From positions 2,916 to 66,915 of IMG/VR virus record IMGVR_UViG_3300022173_000112: a stretch of 64,000 nt of DNA; one strand, given 5' to 3'. Origin of the DNA: a virus. Taxonomy: Duplodnaviria > Heunggongvirae > Uroviricota > Caudoviricetes. The notes under the pieces are model-generated. The model was given only the letters and a program-made list of their open reading frames with translations. It made no database searches and was not told the DNA's origin. Position numbers and translations under genes: made by a program. Shown here piece by piece: positions 35,737 through 43,647 of the stretch. Position 1 is the first letter of the stretch. The number at the start of each line of letters is the position of its first letter.

Positions 35737-37188
35737 TTACTCTTCGAATGAGTATTCACGCGACCGAATGAAGTCGATGATTGCCTCGCTCCATCCACTG
35801 ATGTGGACGAACTTGTTGTACCCGATTCCATTCTCATTGCAACTGATGTTGATGAGGTAGTTGGAATCACCGAAGGCGTTCGCCTGCGACGGATCGAGCT
35901 TGCTGCCAGGGGTCTGGCAATCTTGCTCGTCCGTGATGACGATGACGCGGTCAGCCGTCCGCTCTTCCTGATACACATGGTCCATGACCTGTTTCAGGAA
36001 GATACCACCCTGGCCGATTTTGTGGCGAAGTTGTAACTCGCTGAAGATTCGCGACAACTCGAAACCGCGTCGAGCCGGAACTTGCATCGTCGCGTGGCGA
36101 CATGCTGTATCGTTACCGGCCGTCGCATAGATGACCGGGTTCTCGGCGATCTCTTTGACGAGAATCGCCAGGGCACCGGCAGCATCCAACCGCGACAGGT
36201 CGCTCTTGGCCGAGACTTTGCCCTGAGTCATGGACCCTGACGAGTCCACAATCAGAACCGTCTTGCCGGGGAGCTTCGGCATCTTCTCCAAGCAGCGTAG
36301 CATCATCTCTTCGATCATGTTCTGCCAGGCCGGAACAGCACGGTAGGCCGCGATGAATCGGAATGGCAACACACGATCGAGGTTGACACGCTTGGCGTAA
36401 TCAACAACGAGTTCCTTGGCCACGCCGCTCTGTTCCATATTGCGAAGATTCCGCAGGAACGCGAGGGCACCGAGCTTGTCCTGCTCCATCAGACGCGTGA
36501 ATGTCTCGCACTTGTCGGCTCCCGCAGAAAGCTCAACTTCCCAAGTATCGGGAGTTTTGAGAGTGCCTTCCGCCAGCTTGTGGTAGAGGGAATCGGTGTG
36601 TCGAAGCAAGGACTTGGCATGTCCATCTTTATAGGTGCGGTGTTTGATAACCGCAGGACCCACGTCAGCCGGCTTGGGGTGACAGAGGAACATGGCGTCC
36701 CGGAGCTTGACGGCCCCGTCACGATTGTACTTAGCCAAGGCGTACTCATTGAAGTTCCCGAAGGCTTTCGCCAGTCCTTTCTTGACTTGGGCGGAAATCG
36801 GGCACTTGCCATCTTTCCAATAAATGGCAAGGAATTCCGCCAACTCGTCAGCACGCTGAATGATTTCCGGGAGCAGGTCTTTGACCAGACCCTTGTGGCT
36901 ATCCAGCCGAGCCATTTCACGAGCGATGAGCAGCGGCACATGGCGCAGCTTCTGATTCGTGCGGGCGTCGATGGCCATGTTCGCCACCTTCTGCGGGTCC
37001 ACCTGTTTGATCAGGTTACAAATCCGCTTCGCGATCGTCTCGCCGGATTCATAGAAGGTGTCTTCCCACAACATGCACGCCATCACGGATCGCCGAAGTT
37101 GTTCTTCGGGATTCACGTTGCTGGCGATTGCTCCGCCGTGGGTGCGCTTGACAAGCTTCGGAACCTTGGTCTTCACATTCGTCTTCAT
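35737..37188 (-). CDS. rsr: Ro60/Rsr-like RNA-binding protein (TROVE domain plus C-terminal vWA with MIDAS)
   Basis: N-terminal HGGAIASNV...LWEDTFYESGE...RHVPLLIAREMAR resembles the TROVE consensus. C-terminal LIVDSSGSM (MIDAS DxSxS), GQGGI and VIVITDEQD parallel the Ro60 vWA segment. Confidence 0.55.
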   Translation of the reverse strand: MKTNVKTKVPKLVKRTHGGAIASNVNPEEQLRRSVMACMLWEDTFYESGETIAKRICNLIKQVDPQKVANMAIDARTNQKLRHVPLLIAREMARLDSHKGLVKDLLPEIIQRADELAEFLAIYWKDGKCPISAQVKKGLAKAFGNFNEYALAKYNRDGAVKLRDAMFLCHPKPADVGPAVIKHRTYKDGHAKSLLRHTDSLYHKLAEGTLKTPDTWEVELSAGADKCETFTRLMEQDKLGALAFLRNLRNMEQSGVAKELVVDYAKRVNLDRVLPFRFIAAYRAVPAWQNMIEEMMLRCLEKMPKLPGKTVLIVDSSGSMTQGKVSAKSDLSRLDAAGALAILVKEIAENPVIYATAGNDTACRHATMQVPARRGFELSRIFSELQLRHKIGQGGIFLKQVMDHVYQEERTADRVIVITDEQDCQTPGSKLDPSQANAFGDSNYLINISCNENGIGYNKFVHISGWSEAIIDFIRSREYSFEE

Positions 37189-37395
37189 GATGCATTCCTT
37201 AAAAAGGGATTAACCACTCATCGCTGCTTCCACTGTCGGCGTCGCACTTCACCTGGGGTGATTGCAAGACGGCGACTTTTGTTGTTCATTGAGGTTATCT
37301 CAATCTTCGGCTTGGGTCCACCGATGTAGAACCCAACGCCGAAGATTGCAAAGGCACCTGTCACATACGGAGGAATCGGTGCTTCCGGATGCATG

Positions 37396-37935
37396 TTATC
37401 TCCGTGGCAAATGCCAGACTGGGATGTTCGGTGGCATCCTACCGCTGTAGAAAGCCTCTGCTCCGATTAGCTCACGAAGCAGACCTAACGCTTGACGCCT
37501 GACTGTGACATAGTAGTAGTCACACCGGGCATCACGAACCGTGTCCCACACTTGGTACAACTGGTCCGTATCGACGATTGCATCTCGGATGACATCCGCG
37601 TGGATCAAGTCTATCTCTAACCTCTTGTTCAAATCGTTTCGATACGACCGATTCAAGGCTAGGAAGTCGTTGATCAATTTTCTTTCAGGATACCGAGAGC
37701 ATTCTCCCAAATAAGGCAGACCCTTGAAATCTTCATTACGACCTTGCAACATCGCGAGATCACCAACGGAATCTTGCGTGAGCAGGAAGGCACGTTCCCT
37801 CGGATCAAGAATCTCACCATCAATAGCGAGAGCCAAAATCGAGGGTCGTAATACTTCGATCCAAGCTACATCTACCGGAACGTCTTTCGGCCCAGCTAAC
37901 AAAGCAGCCGCTAAGACGATCTCACAGGTGAACAT
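37396..37935 (-). CDS. Hypothetical protein (180 aa)
   Basis: Start trimmed to MFTCEIV, because the longer ORF would read through tRNA-His. Confidence 0.4.
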   Translation of the reverse strand: MFTCEIVLAAALLAGPKDVPVDVAWIEVLRPSILALAIDGEILDPRERAFLLTQDSVGDLAMLQGRNEDFKGLPYLGECSRYPERKLINDFLALNRSYRNDLNKRLEIDLIHADVIRDAIVDTDQLYQVWDTVRDARCDYYYVTVRRQALGLLRELIGAEAFYSGRMPPNIPVWHLPRR

Positions 37936-37961
37936 GACATAGACACCCTCCAAGAGAGGAA

Positions 37962-38035
37962 GGTGGCCGACGGGGGTCGAACCCGCAACCTCCGGAATCA
38001 CAATCCGGTGCTCTGCCAATTGAGCTACGACCAAC
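37962..38035 (-). tRNA. tRNA-His (anticodon GUG) with an extra 5' G opposite the discriminator C
   Basis: GCTC-AATTGGCA-GAGC D-arm, CCGGA-TTGTGAT-TCCGG anticodon arm, GCGGG-TTCGACC-CCCGT T-arm. The 8-nt 5' acceptor strand is typical of tRNA-His. Confidence 0.6.
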
Positions 38036-38045
38036 ATGAATTTGC

Positions 38046-38119
38046 GGGAACAAGCGGAACGGCTGCTGCCCTTTCGGGCGATCAAACCATCTTTGAAGTA
38101 ACCGTTTCCTAACGCCACG
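38046..38119 (-). repeat. Structured repeat unit 1 (GAAGTAACCG-N-CGCCAC family); immediately 5' of tRNA-His on the minus strand
   Basis: Core gaagtaaccgtttcctaacgccac (38095-38118). The variable helix GGAAACGG pairs with CCGTTCC 30 nt away. Almost identical to unit 6. Confidence 0.4.
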
Positions 38120-38132
38120 CAAACAAGGTTGT

Positions 38133-38220
38133 GGGGAACAATCGCTGTAGTTAGCCGGTATCGAGCCGGCAACCCTTTCGGGCCATCAAACCAAGAAGTA
38201 GCTACAACTATCACCACCAC
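38133..38220 (-). repeat. Degenerate copy of the structured repeat (unit 1b)
   Basis: ggggaacaatcg...ccctttcgggccatcaaacca-gaagtagctacaactatcaccac parallels unit 1. Confidence 0.3.
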
Positions 38221-38349
38221 AAAAGGGTGACCCCGGCGGACTTGCACCGCATTACCGCCTCGCGGCGGCGTGTTACCTATAGCATCCCACATTATAGGAT
38301 GCAGCCGGTGATTACACTACCTGGGTCGTAAAAGTATTAGAGGGATAAT

Positions 38350-38456
38350 AATCGGCAACAGGGGTTGGTCTTTTGCTCTGCCAGTTGAGCTACGTCCCGA
38401 AGAACGATGGGATTCGAACCCATAACCCAAAGAAGTAACTGTTACCTACGCCACTC
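38350..38456 (-). ncRNA. Composite tRNA-like module: repeat unit 2, then a T-arm, then a UUCG hairpin, then a tRNA 5' half (acceptor plus D-arm)
   Basis: Minus strand: GAGTGGCGTAGGTAACAGTTACTTC.. ATGGG-TTCGAAT-CCCAT, then CGTTC-TTCG-GGACG, then GTAGCTCAACTGGCAGAGC. No anticodon or T-arm follows the 5' half. Confidence 0.35.
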
Positions 38457-38689
38457 TAATTCGGAGCCGATGGCGGGGTTTACGAAAGACTTATCGACTT
38501 ACCCGCGAAACAGGATCGTATCATGCTTTTGGTCTCGATTCCTCATCCAAAGCGGACGAGGACCACTAAGCATTGCCACCACGCTAAGGCCCAGTGCACT
38601 GGGATGTCCGCGTTCATCGGCGATATTTTGGTCCAGAGCCTTCACGGTAACACACCGTGGCCTGCCCAGCAAAAGCACTCTGGACCAAA

Positions 38690-38760
38690 TCGGGATCGGG
38701 GATTAAAAGTCAGGGCGGCACTTTTAACAGAAGTAACCCATGACAATCGCCACCGAAAGT
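38690..38760 (-). repeat. Structured repeat unit 3
   Basis: Core 38730-38753. Inner helix GTCA(T)GGG/CCCTGAC crossing with TTAAAAG/CTTTTAA. Ends CTTTCGGTGGCG ... AATCCCCGAT. Confidence 0.4.
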
Positions 38761-38763
38761 TTG

Positions 38764-39024
38764 TTACTTGGGCTTCCACTCTTCGGGAATCTTTTCAACA
38801 TCGTTGAAGATGTTGCCCATCCGAATCTTCCAGTCTTCACCTTCCGGGCGACCGGCATGGTGATACATGGTCTCTCCCACCTGACGCCAGACTCCTTGCT
38901 GGGATTCCGGCGGCACGTAGGCCGCTCGTTTCATCAGTTGTTCCAAGTCGTTGGCCAACGCGACTTCCGTCGGCGGCAGAACTTCTTGAATGATGAACTT
39001 CACCAATCGATCCAGGTCTCGCAT
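38764..39024 (-). CDS. Hypothetical protein (86 aa)
   Basis: ORF track. Repeat unit 3 lies just past its stop. Confidence 0.45.
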   Translation of the reverse strand: MRDLDRLVKFIIQEVLPPTEVALANDLEQLMKRAAYVPPESQQGVWRQVGETMYHHAGRPEGEDWKIRMGNIFNDVEKIPEEWKPK

Positions 39025-39040
39025 GATTCTTTCCTTAAAA

Positions 39041-39247
39041 TTAACGATTCATTTCTTCCGCGAACTTCTTCCAGGCGTTGCATGTACGGACGCACCGATC
39101 ATGAACGGCTCTTGCTGCTTCAAAGGCTGTTGGCCAGAATCGTTCACCGTCAGGCCACATACCGTAGCTGGGACCATCAGCCAAAATATCAGCTAGAATC
39201 TCTTCATAGCTGGTTGGCTCATGAACAATGACGGTCAGCATCACCAA
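39041..39247 (-). CDS. Hypothetical protein (68 aa)
   Basis: ORF track. Confidence 0.4.
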   Translation of the reverse strand: MVMLTVIVHEPTSYEEILADILADGPSYGMWPDGERFWPTAFEAARAVHDRCVRTCNAWKKFAEEMNR

Positions 39248-39924
39248 CCCTCCATCGGAAATTCAAGGTACACTTGAACCTGACGACGGATTTCATTGGT
39301 CATGGTCTTCGTCCGGTCAGTGTTCGTACTGATTCGGCCGAACCAACGCCAACCATTCTTCACGGCCTTGACGCCGGTATGGAAGGCTTGCCAGTCGAAG
39401 GCAACCAAGTGGTTGTCAAGGCAGTCCTGCACTTGAACCTTACCAGCTTTGATTAACGCTTCGACTTCTTCGTGCCACTGACGGTAGACAAGCTGACCCG
39501 GTGGCACATCTTTCATCTCACATTTGCCGAACACGAACTTGGTCGGACAAATGACGCCATTCACCAGACCCATGATGTGCCGCGACTTGTATCGCGGGTT
39601 CTCATAATCTGGTTGGCCAGCAGTCAGAAAGTGCTGACCCGGAGGAATCACGGCTCGCGGCACATCGTCATGGTGCCAACCAGGGATGGCGGGATACCAT
39701 CCGGGCATCAACATGTGACACCGCGAATCGAAGACACCACCATGATAGTCCTCAGGCAATGCCTGGAGGAAGCTCTTCGTAATCGGTCCGCCATGTTCCC
39801 AAGCGTAGGAGACGGACGAGTTGAAGAACATCGGTTCGTTCTTGATGGCGTCCTGACTGAACTGATTCGGCAGAGCGAAAGGACGAACAATGAATGCTTG
39901 CGAGTCGAACACTTTCATTTTCAA
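39241..39924 (-). CDS. Hypothetical protein (227 aa)
   Basis: ORF track. His/Trp-rich. No motif recognised. Confidence 0.5.
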   Translation of the reverse strand: MKMKVFDSQAFIVRPFALPNQFSQDAIKNEPMFFNSSVSYAWEHGGPITKSFLQALPEDYHGGVFDSRCHMLMPGWYPAIPGWHHDDVPRAVIPPGQHFLTAGQPDYENPRYKSRHIMGLVNGVICPTKFVFGKCEMKDVPPGQLVYRQWHEEVEALIKAGKVQVQDCLDNHLVAFDWQAFHTGVKAVKNGWRWFGRISTNTDRTKTMTNEIRRQVQVYLEFPMEGW

Positions 39925-39974
39925 TTTCCTTAATTAAAACGGGGATTAACTGAACACGGTGGTAATCCCTGAGG

Positions 39975-40050
39975 GGCGGTTTACAGCCGCTCTCTCGGGA
40001 CTTCTCCGGACATGGTGGGGAAGTAACCGTATTCAAACGCCACCGCAAAA
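39975..40050 (-). repeat. Structured repeat unit 4
   Basis: Core 40020-40043. Here ACTTCC pairs with GGAGAAGT downstream. Confidence 0.35.
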
Positions 40051-40192
40051 AGATAACTTGGGAGTTCAGAAGGCACGGGCCATCACCTTCTACCTTAATC
40101 CTTTCTGAGGGATTAACAGGAATACCACGCTCCTGCCTACTGCCAGATTCTTGCCTCTGGCTTGCATTCTGGGGTCCGTTCAAGTTATTAGG

Positions 40193-40262
40193 TATCGGGG
40201 ATTAAAAGCTTAGGGTTGGCACTTTTAACAGAAGTATCCCTTAGCATACGCCACCGAAAAGC
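40193..40262 (-). repeat. Structured repeat unit 5
   Basis: Core 40231-40253. Inner helix GCTAAGGG/CCCTAAGC (8 bp) crossing TTAAAAG/CTTTTAA. Closing helix TCGG(T)GG/CCCCGA. Confidence 0.4.
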
Positions 40263-40357
40263 ACACGCCAGTATCCAGCATTTATTGAATGCCCCGTCTG
40301 GCCACGGTGCATCGGACTCAAACTTCCCTATGCTAGACTGTAGGGAATCTTAAAACT

Positions 40358-40432
40358 CGGGAACAAGCGGAACGGCTATTGCCATTTAAGGCATCCACTT
40401 TTCAATTGAAGTAACCGTTTCCTAACGCCACG
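40358..40432 (-). repeat. Structured repeat unit 6 (near-duplicate of unit 1)
   Basis: gggaacaagcggaacggctattgcc...gaagtaaccgtttcctaacgccac. Core 40408-40431. Confidence 0.4.
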
Positions 40433-40503
40433 AGAGTGTTGGGTTTTGCTAACCATAAGTGACCACACCAACAGGCCACCCTTCGATTCCTCCAAAAACG
40501 GGT

Positions 40504-40752
40504 TTAGAGTTGGTCCGCGAGGTAGAGCAGAGCAGCCTTGAAAGCCGCTTTGGTTTTTGCAGGGGACGCGGGGACTTCTTCCATCTTGGCCGTCATCTCG
40601 TCGAAAAGACGATTCTGTTCGGCTTCCATTTCTTCCTGCGTCGAGTTCGGTTTCGATTCGTACAACCGAAAAAACGTGACAATCGCACTGAGCGTACGAA
40701 GTGTCGTAGCCATCTTCATGGACAGAGTCAGCAGCAAAAGTTCCTTGAGCAT
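40504..40752 (-). CDS. Hypothetical helical protein (82 aa from MLKELL)
   Basis: Longer ORF 40504..40830. Only the C-terminal part looks protein-like. Confidence 0.4.
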   Translation of the reverse strand: MLKELLLLTLSMKMATTLRTLSAIVTFFRLYESKPNSTQEEMEAEQNRLFDEMTAKMEEVPASPAKTKAAFKAALLYLADQL

Positions 40753-40844
40753 CGAACGATTCCTTAAAAGAGTGTGGAAGAAACAGGGGCGAGTAACCAG
40801 CGTCAGAACCCCGATGACCCAATTACCCACCCCTGTGATTCAAA

Positions 40845-40915
40845 AATCGGGGATTGTTCGCTACGGCTTTTCGTGCAAAGGTAGAAGTAACCGTAGCAAT
40901 CGCCACCGAAAGAGC
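40845..40915 (-). repeat. Structured repeat unit 7
   Basis: Core 40884-40906. Inner helix GCTACGG/CCGTAGC (7 bp) encloses TTACTTC. Confidence 0.4.
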
Positions 40916-41069
40916 ATGTACTCACGTTATCTGTTATTCTCTTCAATCTTCGGCATCGTGCCTACTTTCGAGGCAGACCACGCCGTGAGTACGACCCATG
41001 TAGGTTACGTCCACTTAAGGACGATTGCTACCAGGGCGGGCCAGATGGGGACGGAACCCTACTCCAGCG

Positions 41070-41294
41070 TCAGGCCGGCTTTGCAGCCAGCTTATCCAGA
41101 TACTTGGCCTTGTTCACGATGCCTCGACGAATCGAGGCGATCACAGCGTTGGCACGTTTGACATGCCGCTCCGTGTACGTCTTGCCGATGAACTTCTCGG
41201 CAATCGTGCCCGCATCGAGCAGGGCACCGTCTTTGTCTCGACCTAACTTGCTGACATTGGCTTTCGTGATGTTAGTCATGGTTAGTGACTCCAA
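41070..41294 (-). CDS. Small basic protein (74 aa), possibly DNA-binding
   Basis: ORF track. Lys/Arg-rich. Confidence 0.4.
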   Translation of the reverse strand: MESLTMTNITKANVSKLGRDKDGALLDAGTIAEKFIGKTYTERHVKRANAVIASIRRGIVNKAKYLDKLAAKPA

Positions 41295-41312
41295 TGAGAA
41301 GAGGGAACGGGT

Positions 41313-41591
41313 TTAGGACGCCAGGAGATACACGCCGCGAGGTTTGTCGAAGACAATCGTGGCGATGACCACTGACTCTTCGACCTCGACTTCTTTCGGT
41401 TTGCCTTCGACGATTTCGGTCTTCTTGACCATCTGCATTTCCTTCACTTCTTGGCGGTCGCCAAAGAGCTTCTTGGCATTGGCCCGAATCTTCGTGGGCA
41501 ATGCCCCGCGACCCGGCCAGAGTTCACGCAGCGACACTTGACCGCCATTCCGTTTGCGGCATCGGTCAATGATCTTCTGAACTTCGCTCAT
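41313..41591 (-). CDS. Hypothetical protein (92 aa)
   Basis: ORF track. Repeat unit 8 lies in its 5' leader. Confidence 0.45.
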   Translation of the reverse strand: MSEVQKIIDRCRKRNGGQVSLRELWPGRGALPTKIRANAKKLFGDRQEVKEMQMVKKTEIVEGKPKEVEVEESVVIATIVFDKPRGVYLLAS

Positions 41592-41609
41592 GATGCACCT
41601 TTTCCTTAG

Positions 41610-41686
41610 GGTTGAAAATCGGGGAACAAACGATTACAGCGTCACATCACCAAAAGAAGTAGCCGTAATCAAACGCCACCGAAAGC
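41610..41686 (-). repeat. Structured repeat unit 8 (between tRNA-Trp and the gene at 41591)
   Basis: Core 41656-41679. Then ...TTCCCCGAT, RBS, ATG. Confidence 0.4.
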
Positions 41687-41758
41687 ACGACCGGGTGGGT
41701 TCGAACCACCAACCTACGGATTTGGAATCCGTCGCTCTGCCAGTTGAGCTACTAGCCG
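41686..41758 (-). tRNA. tRNA-Trp (anticodon CCA), acceptor stem imperfect
   Basis: GCTC-AACTGGCA-GAGC, ACGGA-TTCCAAA-TCCGT, GGTGG-TTCGAAC-CCACC. Several acceptor mismatches as drawn. Confidence 0.5.
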
Positions 41759-41825
41759 TGTTGTGTCCGGGAATAAGTCGAATCAGTATAGCATCCTACC
41801 ATTAGACGACAAGCCCCGAAGGACT

Positions 41826-41890
41826 CGGTGGGATTCGAACCCACATCTCTTCTTTGACATAGAAGTAACCGATTCTAAACGCCACGGAAC
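41826..41890 (-). ncRNA. Repeat unit 9 fused to a T-arm (tRNA-like module with GUC in a 7-nt loop)
   Basis: Minus strand: GTGGCGTTTAGAATCGGTTA-CTTCT-ATGTCAA-AGAAG-AGAT-GTGGG-TTCGAAT-CCCAC. No matching acceptor stem. Confidence 0.35.
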
Positions 41891-41957
41891 TAAGAACCAG
41901 GGATCAGTGAAACCGGGTTGCGCTCTGCCATGCCTGCGCTCGCACCCCTTGCGGAGT

Positions 41958-42015
41958 GAGTTAGGATTCGAACCTAAAATCACCTTGATGAAGTATCCGA
42001 TCTCGTCGCCACTGG
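41958..42015 (-). ncRNA. Repeat unit 10 fused to a T-arm-like hairpin
   Basis: TTAGG-TTCGAAT-CCTAA adjacent to core 41990-42012. Confidence 0.3.
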
Positions 42016-42019
42016 TAAG

Positions 42020-42092
42020 TTGTGTCGGGGATTATACGGTAACGGGGTTACAACGCCTAATGAAGTACCCGCTACCTTACGCCACCGAACGT
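42020..42092 (-). repeat. Structured repeat unit 11
   Basis: Core gaagtacccgctaccttacgccac 42062-42085. Confidence 0.35.
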
Positions 42093-42095
42093 CAC

Positions 42096-42299
42096 TTAGA
42101 CGATCACCACGAGCAGGCCGAGCAGGAACGCGATGTAATCCGGCGATTCGCGAACCGAGATGGCTTCCAGGTCCGAATCGATGTCGATACGAGTGCGGTT
42201 GTCGCTCTCGTTCTCGCCGAGGATCGGCACCATACACAGAATCATTTCCGGCCGAATCCAGATCGAGTGGCCCGTTTCGTAGCAAGTGAGACGAATCAT
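42096..42299 (-). CDS. Hypothetical protein (67 aa)
   Basis: ORF track. Confidence 0.35.
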   Translation of the reverse strand: MIRLTCYETGHSIWIRPEMILCMVPILGENESDNRTRIDIDSDLEAISVRESPDYIAFLLGLLVVIV

Positions 42300-42321
42300 G
42301 CTGCATTCCTTAAATGGAGGT

Positions 42322-42648
42322 TCAGATCAGTTCCAGGAGGAAATCAACAGTGAGTTCCAACCGACCGATCCATTCACGTGCTTCCGCAAGCTGCTGGCAC
42401 TTTCGTGTCAGTTCCGAATCGTACCCTTCGGGTCGATCCGCAAGTGCCTTCTTGAGTTCTTCGTGCAATTGCTTATTTGTCTTTGACAAATCACTAAGCA
42501 ATTGGTCACGGCGAGCAATCATCTGCTCCATCCGATCGATCATCTTTTGACGATCGGTGAGCTTCATCATGTGACTCCTGAGCCGCTGACGCATGCCCTC
42601 AAGAGCCTTGGCTTGGTTCAAAATCACGAGGTCATCGGCTGCACTCAT
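42322..42648 (-). CDS. Coiled-coil protein (108 aa)
   Basis: ORF track. Heptad-like. Confidence 0.45.
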   Translation of the reverse strand: MSAADDLVILNQAKALEGMRQRLRSHMMKLTDRQKMIDRMEQMIARRDQLLSDLSKTNKQLHEELKKALADRPEGYDSELTRKCQQLAEAREWIGRLELTVDFLLELI

Positions 42649-42854
42649 TTCAGCATCTCGTAGGTGTCACCCGCCACAGCTACGGGTATGTGTCGAAGAA
42701 CCTCGTTTGGGTCCATGTCGTTGGCTGCACAACGATTCACGGCTTCGTCGAGGTTGGTCATGATTCCCCAAGGGGTCACAATCCAAACTGCGAACGAGGT
42801 AATTGGTATCGGCCGTCCAGTGAGCGTGACGGTCTTTGCAACGAGGTCGATCAT
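42645..42854 (-). CDS. Hypothetical protein (69 aa)
   Basis: ORF track. Confidence 0.4.
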   Translation of the reverse strand: MIDLVAKTVTLTGRPIPITSFAVWIVTPWGIMTNLDEAVNRCAANDMDPNEVLRHIPVAVAGDTYEMLK

Positions 42855-43225
42855 AGGATCAGTTGTCCTGTTCGGTTGTTGATGGCAATCTTGACTTCGC
42901 CATCAAGTTTGGGTGTACCAAGTGGAGCATACGACTGGTCCCCTGCGTCGTGCAGTTGGGCACCAGTGACGGAATCTTTTCCGATAACGTCACTGAGATC
43001 GAACGATGTCTTTTTACCCGGCAGATACTTGTCGGGTCCACCCTTCTTCATGATTCCGCCGAAGCAGGACATGCACACATCAAAGGGGAAACCTTTGGGT
43101 CCACGTTGCAGAATCTTGAATGGGCCTTTCAGGGACTTGTTGCACATTCGATTCGAGCAACGTCCCTTACTTTTTGGCGGCTTTAGACTGATCAGCAAGG
43201 CGGTCCCTCCGTTTTTGTATTCCAC
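42851..43225 (-). CDS. Hypothetical Cys-rich protein (124 aa)
   Basis: ORF track. CxxC...CxxC. Confidence 0.4.
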   Translation of the reverse strand: MEYKNGGTALLISLKPPKSKGRCSNRMCNKSLKGPFKILQRGPKGFPFDVCMSCFGGIMKKGGPDKYLPGKKTSFDLSDVIGKDSVTGAQLHDAGDQSYAPLGTPKLDGEVKIAINNRTGQLIL

Positions 43226-43432
43226 GCATCATGGCCCAATAGCCCGGCACCCAAGGCGTCGGAACTTTGGCAAGAACTTTTTCCGCGTCCTTCACATCTT
43301 TGCATCGCATGGTTAGCGTCCCTTAATGTTCATGATCAAGACAACGATTCCTACAAGGAGGAATGAGATGCCCAAGATAATCGCGACAGGCAAACTCATG
43401 GTCGGGTTGAGCATCATAACAAATCTCCAAAT

Positions 43433-43506
43433 TGCGGGAGCAGGATTCGAACCTGCGTCGTATGGCTTATGAGACCATGCTGGAAACCGCTCCAGTCCAT
43501 CCCGCA
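43433..43506 (-). tRNA. tRNA with CAU anticodon (second Met/Ile2-type)
   Basis: TGCGGGA/TCCCGCA acceptor, CTGG-AGCGGTTT-CCAG D-arm, ATGGT-CTCATAA-GCCAT, GCAGG-TTCGAAT-CCTGC. Confidence 0.55.
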
Positions 43507-43511
43507 TCAAA

Positions 43512-43584
43512 GTTGCCGGGGTGGGATTCGAACCCACGCATACCCCTCCGGAAGGGGCGACTTTGCCGCTAGTCTACCCGGCGA
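43512..43584 (-). tRNA. tRNA-Arg (anticodon CCG)
   Basis: GACT-AGCGGCAA-AGTC D-arm, GCCCC-TTCCGGA-GGGGT, GTGGG-TTCGAAT-CCCAC. Acceptor CGCCGGG/CCCGGCA with a terminal mismatch. Confidence 0.55.
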
Positions 43585-43589
43585 TAAAA

Positions 43590-43647
43590 CAGTAAAAGAT
43601 TAGCGATCCATTGACCGAGCGGCACTAGGCTTGCTAATCTTTTACTG
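43590..43647. other. Long hairpin (15-bp stem CAGTAAAAGATTAGC / GCTAATCTTTTACTG, 28-nt loop) just past the tRNA pair
   Basis: Perfect inverted repeat. Candidate transcription terminator or processing signal. Confidence 0.35.

Noticed and set aside
37936-38292. N-terminal 119 aa of ORF 37396..38292, and likewise the N-terminal parts of 20287..20856, 21196..21453, 43313..43537 and 50869..51474
   Set aside because: These segments are translations through tRNA genes. The CDS starts were moved to the first internal Met beyond the tRNA.
38523-39231. Plus-strand ORFs 38523..38807 and 38740..39231
   Set aside because: They run across the structured repeat unit and opposite a plausible minus-strand gene.
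38040-42100. CRISPR array interpretation of the repeat field
   Set aside because: The units are not evenly spaced direct repeats with unique spacers. The conserved blocks are separated by variable segments that pair internally, and tRNAs and small genes are interspersed.
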